From: an uncultured Desulfobacteraceae bacterium
Lineage (GTDB): Bacteria > Desulfobacterota > Desulfobacteria > Desulfobacterales > JALSRD01
Assembly (NCBI GenBank): GCA_964442705.1
Contig: CAYUAQ010000003.1
Location: forward strand, 102-64,101
Length of the DNA: 64,000 bases
Direction of reading: 5' to 3'
In this document: positions 37,985 through 46,003 of the stretch, one piece after another
How the letters are laid out: the number at the start of each line of letters is the position of its first letter
How positions within the stretch are numbered: position 1 is the stretch's first letter
Program-made: the position numbers and the translations under genes
The notes under the pieces: model-generated
The model's input: only the letters and a program-made list of their open reading frames with translations
What the model was told of the DNA's origin: nothing
The model's database searches: none

Positions 37985-38899
37985 TCACTCCATATAGCGG
38001 AACAGCCCCACGATGCGCGGTGTTGTCTGGGAGGTGAAGAAAGACGGCACCGAAGCCTTTCCGTCTTTGGCCTCCCGGATGGTACGATAGGTCCCCCACA
38101 GAACCGCAAAACATGACCGCTCACCTAACCTGGCTGGTAGAATGAACATTTTTCCGGCCGGGTCCACTTCGCTGAAGGCTCGCATGACGGTCTGTGGCTG
38201 GCAGGCGACTTCCAGGCTGATGCTGTACTTTGCCGGGTGGTTGCGAAAGTAGCGCCTGTAGACTTGTGCGGCCTGCTGCAGACGCCCCGCGCGGATTTCT
38301 CCCGTCAAATCCGGCAGGCCGTTTCCGGCAGACAACCGATTCTCCCAAAGACGCGTTTTGTCGGCAGGCGGCTTTGGCGGGGAAGGCGTCGGTTCTATCG
38401 CCGTGAAGGTGCCTGGCCTCTGTGATACCGGCGGCGGGTCTTCCTGTTTGGTTGCCGGTTCCGGTGCGGGCGTCTGCACCGGGGCAGATGTGGTTACCCC
38501 GACGGACAGGTTTTCATTTTTTGTCTGGCCTCCGGTGTCAGCGCTTCGCGGGGCTTCGGGAATCGTTTCAACAGGGGCTGCGCTGTCCGGTGCGGGAACG
38601 TTTGCCGCCGTGCCGGCAGAAGCAGGCTCGGGGGTGGAGGTTGGTGCAGTGGCCGCTACACTGACAGGTGGGGGCGTTTTAATGGGAAAGGTCTGTGCCA
38701 GATTCGGGGTCAGGGTGCTGTCGTCTGAGCGGAAAATACCCAAAACGGTGGCCACGGCCGCGATCACGGCCGCACAGATCACCACCACCGCCAAGGTCCT
38801 TCCGCGTCGCGGCCGAGGGTGGTGGGAATGCTGATTTTCCAGGGATTCCCGGAAATTTTCATCGAATTCAAAAAAATCCTGGCTGTTGTCGTCCTGCAT
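37985..38899 (-). CDS. Single-pass membrane protein with Pro/Thr/Ala-rich linker and SPOR-like C-terminal domain (tentative)
   Basis: TM segment LAVVVICAAVIAAVATVLGIF, a long low-complexity linker, and a folded C-terminal ~90 aa. Confidence 0.5.
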   Translation of the reverse strand: MQDDNSQDFFEFDENFRESLENQHSHHPRPRRGRTLAVVVICAAVIAAVATVLGIFRSDDSTLTPNLAQTFPIKTPPPVSVAATAPTSTPEPASAGTAANVPAPDSAAPVETIPEAPRSADTGGQTKNENLSVGVTTSAPVQTPAPEPATKQEDPPPVSQRPGTFTAIEPTPSPPKPPADKTRLWENRLSAGNGLPDLTGEIRAGRLQQAAQVYRRYFRNHPAKYSISLEVACQPQTVMRAFSEVDPAGKMFILPARLGERSCFAVLWGTYRTIREAKDGKASVPSFFTSQTTPRIVGLFRYME

Positions 38900-39087
38900 G
38901 GTGATTCCGGGCCGTACGAACGGACACCGGTGTCAGCGGTGTCTGGATGAAAGGGTCTCGCCCGTCTGTTAGCACAGGATTTTTTTATTTTAAAGGGCCG
39001 GGGTCAATTTTTTTGATGCCGAGATTCTAAAACGCCGCTGCTTGCCGCGAGGGGGGTGCCCGGGGGTAATGGTATCCGGTCCGGCAG

Positions 39088-39312
39088 TCAGCGCCCCAAA
39101 TGGTCGTAGGTGCTGTTTTTCTTGCGGCGATCGGGGTTCTGTCGCCGGTCGTTCTTAAAAGACAGGCGCACAAAAACGCCGTCGCGGACACTTTTGCGGC
39201 GGTCCTGTCGGTTTTTGCGGCGCTCCCGGCGGGGATTGTGCTGCCCGGGTGCGTTGCCACCGCCCTTCAAGTCGTTTTTTACACGCGGCATATCGCCGAT
39301 GCGGATGTCCAT
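39088..39312 (-). CDS. Arg-rich small protein with (D/E)RR repeats (74 aa)
   Basis: GGGAGG RBS 6 nt before the ATG at 39312. PRRERRKNRQDRR...NDRRQNPDRR. Same strand as motA2B2 upstream. Confidence 0.55.
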   Translation of the reverse strand: MDIRIGDMPRVKNDLKGGGNAPGQHNPRRERRKNRQDRRKSVRDGVFVRLSFKNDRRQNPDRRKKNSTYDHLGR

Positions 39313-39314
39313 GC

Positions 39315-39344
39315 TGCACCTCCCTGATCATGCACCTCCCTGAT
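39315..39344 (-). repeat. Direct duplication of the RBS-plus-ATG segment (ATCAGGGAGGTGCA x2)
   Basis: The plus strand shows TGCACCTCCCTGAT at 39315-39328 and again at 39331-39344. Confidence 0.85.
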
Positions 39345-39348
39345 GGTA

Positions 39349-39376
39349 TCTTCGGCGTAACTATCGTGGGGCTTTA
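39349..39376 (-). promoter_or_regulatory. Weaker sigma-28-like promoter upstream of the second Arg-rich ORF
   Basis: Minus strand reads TAAAGCCC-N12-GCCGAAGA. The spacer is 1 nt long and the -10 has two mismatches. Confidence 0.3.
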
Positions 39377-39586
39377 GGGTTTGCGAAAAATTAGTTCGCC
39401 ATTTTCAGGCGTTGAGGCGCCCGCCGGGCAAGGCGTGGAAACCCAGGAATATCAACCATATTTTGAGTTTCCGCAACGCAGTCAGGCGGGATGGATCGAC
39501 GTCAGGAATGTGAAGCTATTTTTAAGCGCGCCCTTGGTGTTTCTGGTTTTCTTTCTCTTCCCAGGGGTTCTTGCGCCAGGCAATGA

Positions 39587-40387
39587 TCATCGTTCGATCA
39601 GCGTGATCTCCACCCGCCTGTTGGCCTGCCGATGATCCACGGTGTCGTTGGGCGCCACGGGGCGGTAGCTGGCGCTGCCCCGTATGGTGATCCGCTCGGC
39701 GCTTACGCCGTTGGCGATCAGGAACCTGGCCACGCTGGCCGCCCGGGCGGCCGAAAGCTCCCAGTTGGACGGGAACTGAAACGTGTGGATGGGCGTGTCA
39801 TCGGTATGGCCGGTAACCTGCACCTGCTGTTCTGCCTGTTCGGCGATGAATTCCGCCATGCCCATGAGGGTCGGCTGGAATTCGGCCAGCAGATCGGCCT
39901 GTCCCGTAAGGAAGGTGATTTTTTCGCTGAGAATGAAAACAGGGCGCTTCTTCTCCCAGCGGACCCGAATACCCTGTCCGGCGTTGGCTTTCATGAAGGC
40001 CTCCACTTTCAGCTGCAGGGGACTGGGTGCCGGCGTGGATGGGTGCGGCGGTGCCGTCGGCTCCTGGAAAACGGCCGGTTTGGGAGAGCCGGCCGGCAGA
40101 ACGGCTTTTGCTGCCGCCGACTTCGAGGGTACGATGATTTTGTGCCGGATGATCTGGGAGGGAACGGGACCCCGATCCGCCTGCCGGAGCGAGAACAGGT
40201 TGCCGGTTCCGGTGCGGGCGTACAGCAGAATGAAAAAGATCAGCAGCAGCGTCATCAGGTCGGCGATGGTCCAGCTGGCGCCATCGTCTTCACCGGCGGT
40301 ACGGGCTGCCGTCCTGCGCCTGTGGATGCGCTGCCGCTCGGAGAACTCTAGTCGTTTGACCAGTTCCTCATAACTCAGATCGTGCAT
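39587..40387 (-). CDS. motB: Flagellar stator protein MotB-like (second set, OmpA-C domain)
   Basis: WTIADLMTLLLIFFILLYA TM helix with the conserved Asp. C-terminal OmpA-like GHTDD...NRRVEI. Confidence 0.8.
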   Translation of the reverse strand: MHDLSYEELVKRLEFSERQRIHRRRTAARTAGEDDGASWTIADLMTLLLIFFILLYARTGTGNLFSLRQADRGPVPSQIIRHKIIVPSKSAAAKAVLPAGSPKPAVFQEPTAPPHPSTPAPSPLQLKVEAFMKANAGQGIRVRWEKKRPVFILSEKITFLTGQADLLAEFQPTLMGMAEFIAEQAEQQVQVTGHTDDTPIHTFQFPSNWELSAARAASVARFLIANGVSAERITIRGSASYRPVAPNDTVDHRQANRRVEITLIER

Positions 40388-40388
40388 A

Positions 40389-41210
40389 TCACCTCTTCAA
40401 TGCCATGCGCTTCAAAAGGGGTTTCGGGCTTCTCGGGGGGGATGCCGGGAGGACGACGGTATCTTCGGCGTCACCGAAACGGATGTATGCGCGCAGGCGA
40501 TGGGACAGCGCCAGCGGGTTTTTGGCATCGGCGATGTCCAGGACCGCTTCCATGACGATGCTGTGCTGCACGGCATCGTCGCGCAGATGTTCGGTCAGCT
40601 TGCGGGCCAGGGGCTGGAAGATCAGATTGGAAGATAACAATCCGTAAAAAGTGGTGAGCAGGGCCAGGGCCATGCCGTGTCCGATTTCAGCGGGGTCGCC
40701 CATGTGACTGAGCACGCTGATGAGACCGATGATGGTGCCCACGAAGCCGAAAGCCGGCGCCAGGCGGGCCAGGGTGTTCAGAATGCCGATTTCGGCCTCC
40801 TTGCGCGACAGATAGAGCTCGTACTCCTTTTCCATGATGGCGTGGATCTCGAAACGGTCGTAATCATCTAGAATCAGCTCGATGCCCTTGCGCAGAAACG
40901 GGTTGCTGGTTCTGGCTGCGGCCGCACTCAGATCCCGGGGGCCATATATTCTGCGGATGCGGGCCAGCATTTTGGCCTGGCGCACGAGCTCCGCCAGGTC
41001 CGGTTCCCGGCGATGGCAGGCCGCGCGCAGACTGCGCCAGAGCCCTTTGAAGGTTTTCAGCGGAAAAGAGAGAAACACACCGATGAGTGCACCCCCCAGC
41101 ACGATGCCGCCGCTCTGAAGGTTCATCGCCAAAGATATATCCCCCACGATGGACTTGAAAAACAGTACGAAAACAAGAACTCCGAATAGTATCAAAAGCT
41201 TCTGAATCAT
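40389..41210 (-). CDS. motA: Flagellar stator protein MotA-like (second, divergent set)
   Basis: 273 aa MotA/TolQ/ExbB channel (APAFGFVGTIIGLI...GMALALLTTFYGLL). Its stop is 1 nt from the motB2 start. Confidence 0.8.
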   Translation of the reverse strand: MIQKLLILFGVLVFVLFFKSIVGDISLAMNLQSGGIVLGGALIGVFLSFPLKTFKGLWRSLRAACHRREPDLAELVRQAKMLARIRRIYGPRDLSAAAARTSNPFLRKGIELILDDYDRFEIHAIMEKEYELYLSRKEAEIGILNTLARLAPAFGFVGTIIGLISVLSHMGDPAEIGHGMALALLTTFYGLLSSNLIFQPLARKLTEHLRDDAVQHSIVMEAVLDIADAKNPLALSHRLRAYIRFGDAEDTVVLPASPPRSPKPLLKRMALKR

Positions 41211-41269
41211 CGAGACTTCTCCGTATGCGCAGGAACGGTGTGGCTGAAAAAGATACTGCAGCGCTTCAA

Positions 41270-41285
41270 TGCAGGTTTTGTGCCA
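41270..41285 (-). promoter_or_regulatory. Sigma-54 promoter for the motA2-motB2 operon
   Basis: Minus strand reads TGGCAC-AAAAC-CTGCA (GG-N10-GC), 60 nt upstream of the ATG at 41210. Confidence 0.75.
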
Positions 41286-41396
41286 GAAAAAATGATCCTG
41301 TAATGCCTTGGTTTATGGCGCTGAAGACGGATGACAGGCCGTTGGGGAGAAAAAACTGCCGGAAGCCTTTTCACCAACCGGAAAGTTCTGCCCGTT

Positions 41397-41423
41397 TAAA
41401 GCCGGCCCCTGCTTGGCCGATAA
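41397..41423 (+). promoter_or_regulatory. Orphan sigma-28 promoter
   Basis: TAAAGCCG-N11-GCCGATAA on the plus strand, pointing into a 440-nt stretch with no recognisable gene. Confidence 0.7.
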
Positions 41424-41500
41424 TGAAAAGAACACCAGTTTGGGCTCTGCGGATATCGGCCGCTTGGCAACAGTGCCGCCGGGGAGCATCGCAGAAAGAA

Positions 41501-41824
41501 ATGGAGGACGGGGTGATTCTACAGGAAAGCGATTGCGTGTTGGAGATCGGGAGGGCTGGTTTCAGCGTAACGCGGATATCCAGGGGAAAGGTTCATTTTC
41601 ATCGCCACCGGTTTATTGCCTGCGGCCGGGCAAGCGGACGTCTGAATTTCGGCAGCGGTGTCTCCTTTGCCGTCAGTGGCACCGTAAAGGTTCTGGGAGG
41701 CCGCGAGGCGGTGCTGCGTGATGTGCGGGTCATGCCGGCTGTAGGCGTGCAGGAGGACGCTTTCGGACTGAACGGACTTCCGGAGGGCAACAGCAGGCCG
41801 GCTGCGGCGCGCCGGTGTGCCTGA
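41501..41824 (+). CDS. Candidate 107-aa ORF downstream of the orphan sigma-28 promoter
   Basis: Part of the 41225..41824 ORF. ATG at 41501 lies about 70 nt after the predicted TSS. Third-codon positions are mostly G/C, as in neighbouring genes. Weak RBS and no family recognised. Confidence 0.3.
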   Translation: MEDGVILQESDCVLEIGRAGFSVTRISRGKVHFHRHRFIACGRASGRLNFGSGVSFAVSGTVKVLGGREAVLRDVRVMPAVGVQEDAFGLNGLPEGNSRPAAARRCA

Positions 41825-41859
41825 GTCAGACGTGCGATACTGCCCTCGATGTCCGCTGG

Positions 41860-43263
41860 TCAGTTGGGACCTTCGGTGATCATGTCTTCGGTGATACGGT
41901 ATTTTTCGATCTTGCGGTAAACCGTGGTGGTGTTGATGCCCAGGATGCGGGCCGCCTGCTGCCGGTTGCCGCCCATGGCTTTAAGGACCCGGATGATGTG
42001 GCGTTTTTCCAGTTCCGCCAGGGTGACCAGATCACCCTCCCGGTCGGCCGTTTTTTCGGGCATGGACTGGAGCAGGGGGACCGATGAAGGCCTGAGAACA
42101 CGGTCTTTTTCCAGCAGCACGGCCGCCGCGATGATGTTCTCCAACTCGCGTACATTACCCGGAAAACTGTACTGCAGCAGTCGGTTGGCCAATTCGCTGT
42201 CGATGGTCTCGATGTCCTTGTTGTTCCTGGCGGCATAGAGCTTCAGGAAGTGGTGGGCCAGGGGAAGGATGTCGTCACGCCGCTCGCGCAGGGGCGGAAG
42301 CTTGATGTTGAACATGTTCAGCCGGTAGAAGAGGTCCGCCCTGAAGCTCTTGTTGCGTATCTCCTCCTGAATGTCCCGGTTGCTGGCACTGATAATGCGC
42401 ACGTCCACGTTGCGCAGGGTGGTGCTGCCCAGCCGGTAAAGCTCTCTCTCTTCAATCACCCGCAGCACCTTGGCCTGCAGGGAAAGTTCCAGTTCTGTAA
42501 TTTCATCCAGAAACAGGGTCCCGCCCTGAGCCCGTTCGAAAAATCCCTTCTTGTCGCTGAGCGCATCGGTGTAGGCCCCCTTGATGTGCCCGAAGAACTC
42601 GTCTTCGAAAAGGAATCTGGAAAATGAGGCCATGTTGACGGCCACGAAAGGCGCCTGGGAACGGTTGCTCAGATCGTGGATCACCGACGCCAACAGCTCC
42701 TTGCCCGTGCCCGACTCCCCCGTAACGAAGACATTGTAATCCGTGGGGGCCACGACCTCGACCTGGCGGAACACCAGGGCCATGGATTCGTCCTTGGCCA
42801 CCATGCGCGTAAAGGCCTCGGGGTTCTGCAGGTCCGAGAAGCGCTGCTTTTTTTCGTAGAGCGTGAGTTCGTTGCGCAGGTTGAAACGTTCCAGGGCCCG
42901 GTTGGCCGTCAGGATCAGTTTGTCGGTGTTGAGCGGTTTGACCAGGTAGTCATAGGCACCGAAACGCATGGCCTGGATGGCGGTGGAGGCTTCATCGGAG
43001 GCCGTGACAATGACGCACTCGATATTGGGAAACTCGGTCTTGACGGCTTCCAGCAGTTCCATGCCGCTGACGTGGGGCATCTTCAGGTCCAGAAACACCA
43101 GGTGAAAACGGTGACTGCGGATGATCTCCAGAGCCTCCCGGCTGTCCGACAGGATGGCCGGCTCGGGCAGGCCGGAACTGACCAGGGTGGCCTGAATGCT
43201 CAGCAGCAGTCCCTGGTCGTCATCGACCACCAGGATTGAGGCGTTGTCGGGAATCGATTTCAT
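41860..43263 (-). CDS. Sigma-54-dependent response regulator (receiver + AAA+ + HTH), flagellar-cluster associated
   Basis: 467 aa. ILVVDDD receiver, GESGTGKE, GAYTDA loop, C-terminal AARILGINTTTVYRKIEKY. Confidence 0.9.
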   Translation of the reverse strand: MKSIPDNASILVVDDDQGLLLSIQATLVSSGLPEPAILSDSREALEIIRSHRFHLVFLDLKMPHVSGMELLEAVKTEFPNIECVIVTASDEASTAIQAMRFGAYDYLVKPLNTDKLILTANRALERFNLRNELTLYEKKQRFSDLQNPEAFTRMVAKDESMALVFRQVEVVAPTDYNVFVTGESGTGKELLASVIHDLSNRSQAPFVAVNMASFSRFLFEDEFFGHIKGAYTDALSDKKGFFERAQGGTLFLDEITELELSLQAKVLRVIEERELYRLGSTTLRNVDVRIISASNRDIQEEIRNKSFRADLFYRLNMFNIKLPPLRERRDDILPLAHHFLKLYAARNNKDIETIDSELANRLLQYSFPGNVRELENIIAAAVLLEKDRVLRPSSVPLLQSMPEKTADREGDLVTLAELEKRHIIRVLKAMGGNRQQAARILGINTTTVYRKIEKYRITEDMITEGPN

Positions 43264-43284
43264 CTTGATCTCATGGTGGCCGGG

Positions 43285-44844
43285 TCAGACGCCGGGCGAC
43301 AGCAGCGCGTCGACCTTGCGGAGCAGGTCTTCCATTTTTATGGGCTTGAAAAACACATTGGTGAACCCCAGCTGGGCGGCTTCGTCCAGTTTGGGATGGC
43401 CCGGAAAGCCGGTGGTCAACAGCACTACCATGCCGGCCAGTTCCGGGGTGTTGCGTATGGTGCGGCAGACCTCCAGGCCGTCCATGTGGGGCATGAACAT
43501 GTCCAGGATGAGCATGTCCGGCCGATAGGACCCCAGTTTGATGCAGGCCTCCACGCCGTTGGCGGCCTCGTCCACCACGTAGTCGCGTTCACGGGTCAGT
43601 GTGGTCGTCAGCAGTTCGCGGTTCCACTTTTCGTCGTCCACGATGAGGATGCGGGCGCCGCGGGTCTTGCGTTTGGACGGAAAGGAGACCTTGAAGACCG
43701 TACCGTGGCTGGCACGGCTTTCAAAACGGATATCGCCGTCGTGGGCCTTGGTCAGGCTGTAGGTCACGGCCAACCCCAGACCGGTGCCGCCCTCGTGCAG
43801 CCGATCGGTGACGAAGGGGTCGAAGATCTTGTTTTCTATGGACGGAGCGATTCCCCGGCCGTTGTCGCGGACGTGCAGGAAGATGCGGTCGCCGTGAGCA
43901 TCGAAGCCGGTGCGGATATCGATACGGCCGTCGGCACGGTCGATGGCCTGCACGGCATTGAGCACCAGGTTGAGAATGATCTGCTCGATGTTGTGCTGGT
44001 TGCCCATGATGCGGGGAAGATCCGTGCCCAGTTCCAGGTTGACGGCCACCCCGGCGGTGTTGATGGACGGCTGGGCCAGCCGCATGGCATTGTTGACGGC
44101 CTCGTTGATCTGAACCGGCTCGATGTCCGTTATTTCCGTTTTTTTGGAAAAATTCTTGAGATCCGTGATGATCTTGCTGATGCGCGTGGCCGCAATACCC
44201 ATGTCGTGGTGCATCTGGCCGATGTTGCCTGCCAGGAACCGATAGCTGAGACCGCCGTATTTCCGCTGCGCATCGGCTTTTTCGGTTTCCGCCAGGATGG
44301 GCAGCACGTCCCGCCACACCTTCTCGAGCAGGTTGATGTTGAAGGTAATCAAATTGATGGGGTTGTTGATCTCGTGGGCCATGCCGGCCACCATGGTCCC
44401 CAGAGCCTCCATTTTCTGGGTCTGCTGCAGGTGGCTTTCGATGCGCCGGCGGTCGGTCTCGTCGGTAAACGCCAGGTAGTGGTAATCGCGTTCGCCGATA
44501 CGCACCCGCCGGGCGAAGACAGAGGTGTTGATGATGCGGTCACCCCGCACTTTCAGGGAGAGCTCCCAGTTGCTCAAGGTGCCGGCCCGGTTCAGCGCCT
44601 CGATCAGGCGTGCCCGGGAGTCTTCGGCATACAGCTCCAGTTCGGTGACGGTTCTGCCCCCGATCTCGTCGGCGGTGTAGCCGGTCAGTTCACAGAAGCG
44701 GTCGTTGAAGATCTCCAGGCGATGCGACGCCACGTCGGCCAAGGCAATGGCCTGGGGGACCAGGTTGAAAAGCTGGTGGTAGTCCGGGAAAAGCGCCTGC
44801 TCCACCGCGAGGGGGGCTGGATCTATGGCTGATGGCTTGTCCAT
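43285..44844 (-). CDS. Hybrid sensor histidine kinase (PAS + HisKA + HATPase + C-terminal receiver)
   Basis: 519 aa. H-box AHEINNPIN, N/G boxes (NLVLNAVQA, DNGRGI, GTGLGL), receiver ILIVDDE...D...K. Confidence 0.9.
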   Translation of the reverse strand: MDKPSAIDPAPLAVEQALFPDYHQLFNLVPQAIALADVASHRLEIFNDRFCELTGYTADEIGGRTVTELELYAEDSRARLIEALNRAGTLSNWELSLKVRGDRIINTSVFARRVRIGERDYHYLAFTDETDRRRIESHLQQTQKMEALGTMVAGMAHEINNPINLITFNINLLEKVWRDVLPILAETEKADAQRKYGGLSYRFLAGNIGQMHHDMGIAATRISKIITDLKNFSKKTEITDIEPVQINEAVNNAMRLAQPSINTAGVAVNLELGTDLPRIMGNQHNIEQIILNLVLNAVQAIDRADGRIDIRTGFDAHGDRIFLHVRDNGRGIAPSIENKIFDPFVTDRLHEGGTGLGLAVTYSLTKAHDGDIRFESRASHGTVFKVSFPSKRKTRGARILIVDDEKWNRELLTTTLTRERDYVVDEAANGVEACIKLGSYRPDMLILDMFMPHMDGLEVCRTIRNTPELAGMVVLLTTGFPGHPKLDEAAQLGFTNVFFKPIKMEDLLRKVDALLSPGV

Positions 44845-44925
44845 GGCGGTCTCAGAAATTCCATCCGTTCCTTACACCATCGCCGCTTTTTTTTCAAATA
44901 CGGAAAAGTTTTTTTCAAAAAAGCT

Positions 44926-44952
44926 TAAAGTTATTCCGCCAAAGTACGATGA
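44926..44952 (+). promoter_or_regulatory. Possible sigma-28 promoter for flagellin
   Basis: TAAAGTTA-N11-TACGATGA. Good -35, but only 5/8 match in the -10. Implies a leader of about 145 nt. Confidence 0.35.
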
Positions 44953-45104
44953 AAGAACTCAAAGGCAATTTTTTCGTCGGAAAGGAGGCCCAGAAAAAAG
45001 ACGACAGCCGAGAACGACACATCCAGTCAACAGCCGATGTTATCGGCGCCATTCAGACGGTCGGCAGAAGGCCGATCGCAAAACCTTAGAAAAGGAGAAA
45101 TAGC

Positions 45105-45914
45105 ATGTCTTCGATTACCCTGACTTCCGGAATGCGGCAGAACCTTTTTGCGCTTCAGAAAACCTCCTCCCTGATGGAGCAGACCCAGAGCCGGCTGGCC
45201 ACGGGCAAGAAGGTCCAGAGCGCCCTGGATGACCCCATCAACTTCTTCGCGGCCCAGAACCACCAGCAGCGCGCCGACGACCTGGCCTTTCGCAAGGATG
45301 CCATGAGCGAGGCCATTCAGACCATCAAGGCCGCCGACAACGGTATTTCGGCCATTACAGATTTGATCGCCGCCGCCAAGGCGACGGCCCAGTCGGCCCT
45401 GTCGACGTCGGATACCACCGAGCGAGCAAGTCTCGCCACGCAGTTTGATGGGCTGCTCGATCAAATCGATTTTCTGGCTTCAGATTCAGGCTACAAGGGC
45501 ATCAACTTCTTGAACAATGAATCGATGACGGTGGCATTTGACGCCGAAGGTGATAGCACCATTTACCTGGAAGGGTTCGCGGGAAGCTCTGGCGGGCTGG
45601 CGATTGATGATGCTACTAATAGTTGGGCGGATGCCGCTAATATTGAAGCCGCAATCGACGATCTGGACACTGCCAAGGATACGCTGCGCACCGAGTCCAA
45701 GGAACTGTCCAACAACCTGAGCGTCATCACCACGCGCCAGGACTTCACCACCAAGATGATCAACACCCTGGAAGACGGTGTGGCCAACCTCACCAACGCC
45801 GACATGAACGAGGAGGGGGCCAACATGCTCATGCTCCAGACCCGCCAGGCACTGGGGACCACCTCCCTGAGCCTGGCCTCCCAGGCGGCGCAGTCGGTCC
45901 TGAGGCTGTTTTAG
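45105..45914 (+). CDS. fliC: Flagellin (short, alphaproteobacterial-like type)
   Basis: 269 aa. N-terminal LTSGMRQNL...L..Q..LATGKKV.SA.DDP. C-terminal NMLMLQTRQALGTTSLSLASQAAQSVLRLF. Confidence 0.95.
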   Translation: MSSITLTSGMRQNLFALQKTSSLMEQTQSRLATGKKVQSALDDPINFFAAQNHQQRADDLAFRKDAMSEAIQTIKAADNGISAITDLIAAAKATAQSALSTSDTTERASLATQFDGLLDQIDFLASDSGYKGINFLNNESMTVAFDAEGDSTIYLEGFAGSSGGLAIDDATNSWADAANIEAAIDDLDTAKDTLRTESKELSNNLSVITTRQDFTTKMINTLEDGVANLTNADMNEEGANMLMLQTRQALGTTSLSLASQAAQSVLRLF

Positions 45915-45951
45915 TATAGAACCCTGAGGGCTTGCTTATCGGCAGTTCGTC

Positions 45952-45978
45952 AATCGGGGGAGAAAACCTCCCCCGATT
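45952..45978 (+). terminator. Strong hairpin after flagellin (11-bp perfect stem, no U-tract)
   Basis: AATCGGGGGAG-aaaac-CTCCCCCGATT, 38 nt after the flagellin stop and 13 nt before the AGGAGG RBS of the next ORF. Confidence 0.4.
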
Positions 45979-46003
45979 GAAGCCTTCCTCAGGAGGTGAC
46001 ACC

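Noticed and set aside
39100-39327. Hydrophobic 75-aa plus-strand ORF antisense to the second Arg-rich ORF
   Set aside because: Ala/Val/Leu-rich antisense frames are the expected mirror of CGN-rich (Arg) coding. The minus-strand frame has a perfect GGGAGG-N6-ATG and matches the orientation of the flanking genes. This is not fully excluded without expression data.
41413-41721. 102-aa plus-strand ORF starting inside the orphan FliA promoter
   Set aside because: Its ATG lies within the spacer/-10 region of the promoter, so it would not be on the predicted transcript. The 41501 frame is the only candidate downstream of the TSS.
43273-44832. 519-aa plus-strand ORF mirroring the hybrid histidine kinase almost base for base (same length, offset 12 nt)
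   Set aside because: The minus-strand frame has unmistakable PAS/HisKA/HATPase/receiver motifs. The plus-strand translation is low-complexity (G/A/V/D/H-rich) with no motifs. This is a typical shadow ORF on the antisense of a GC-rich gene.
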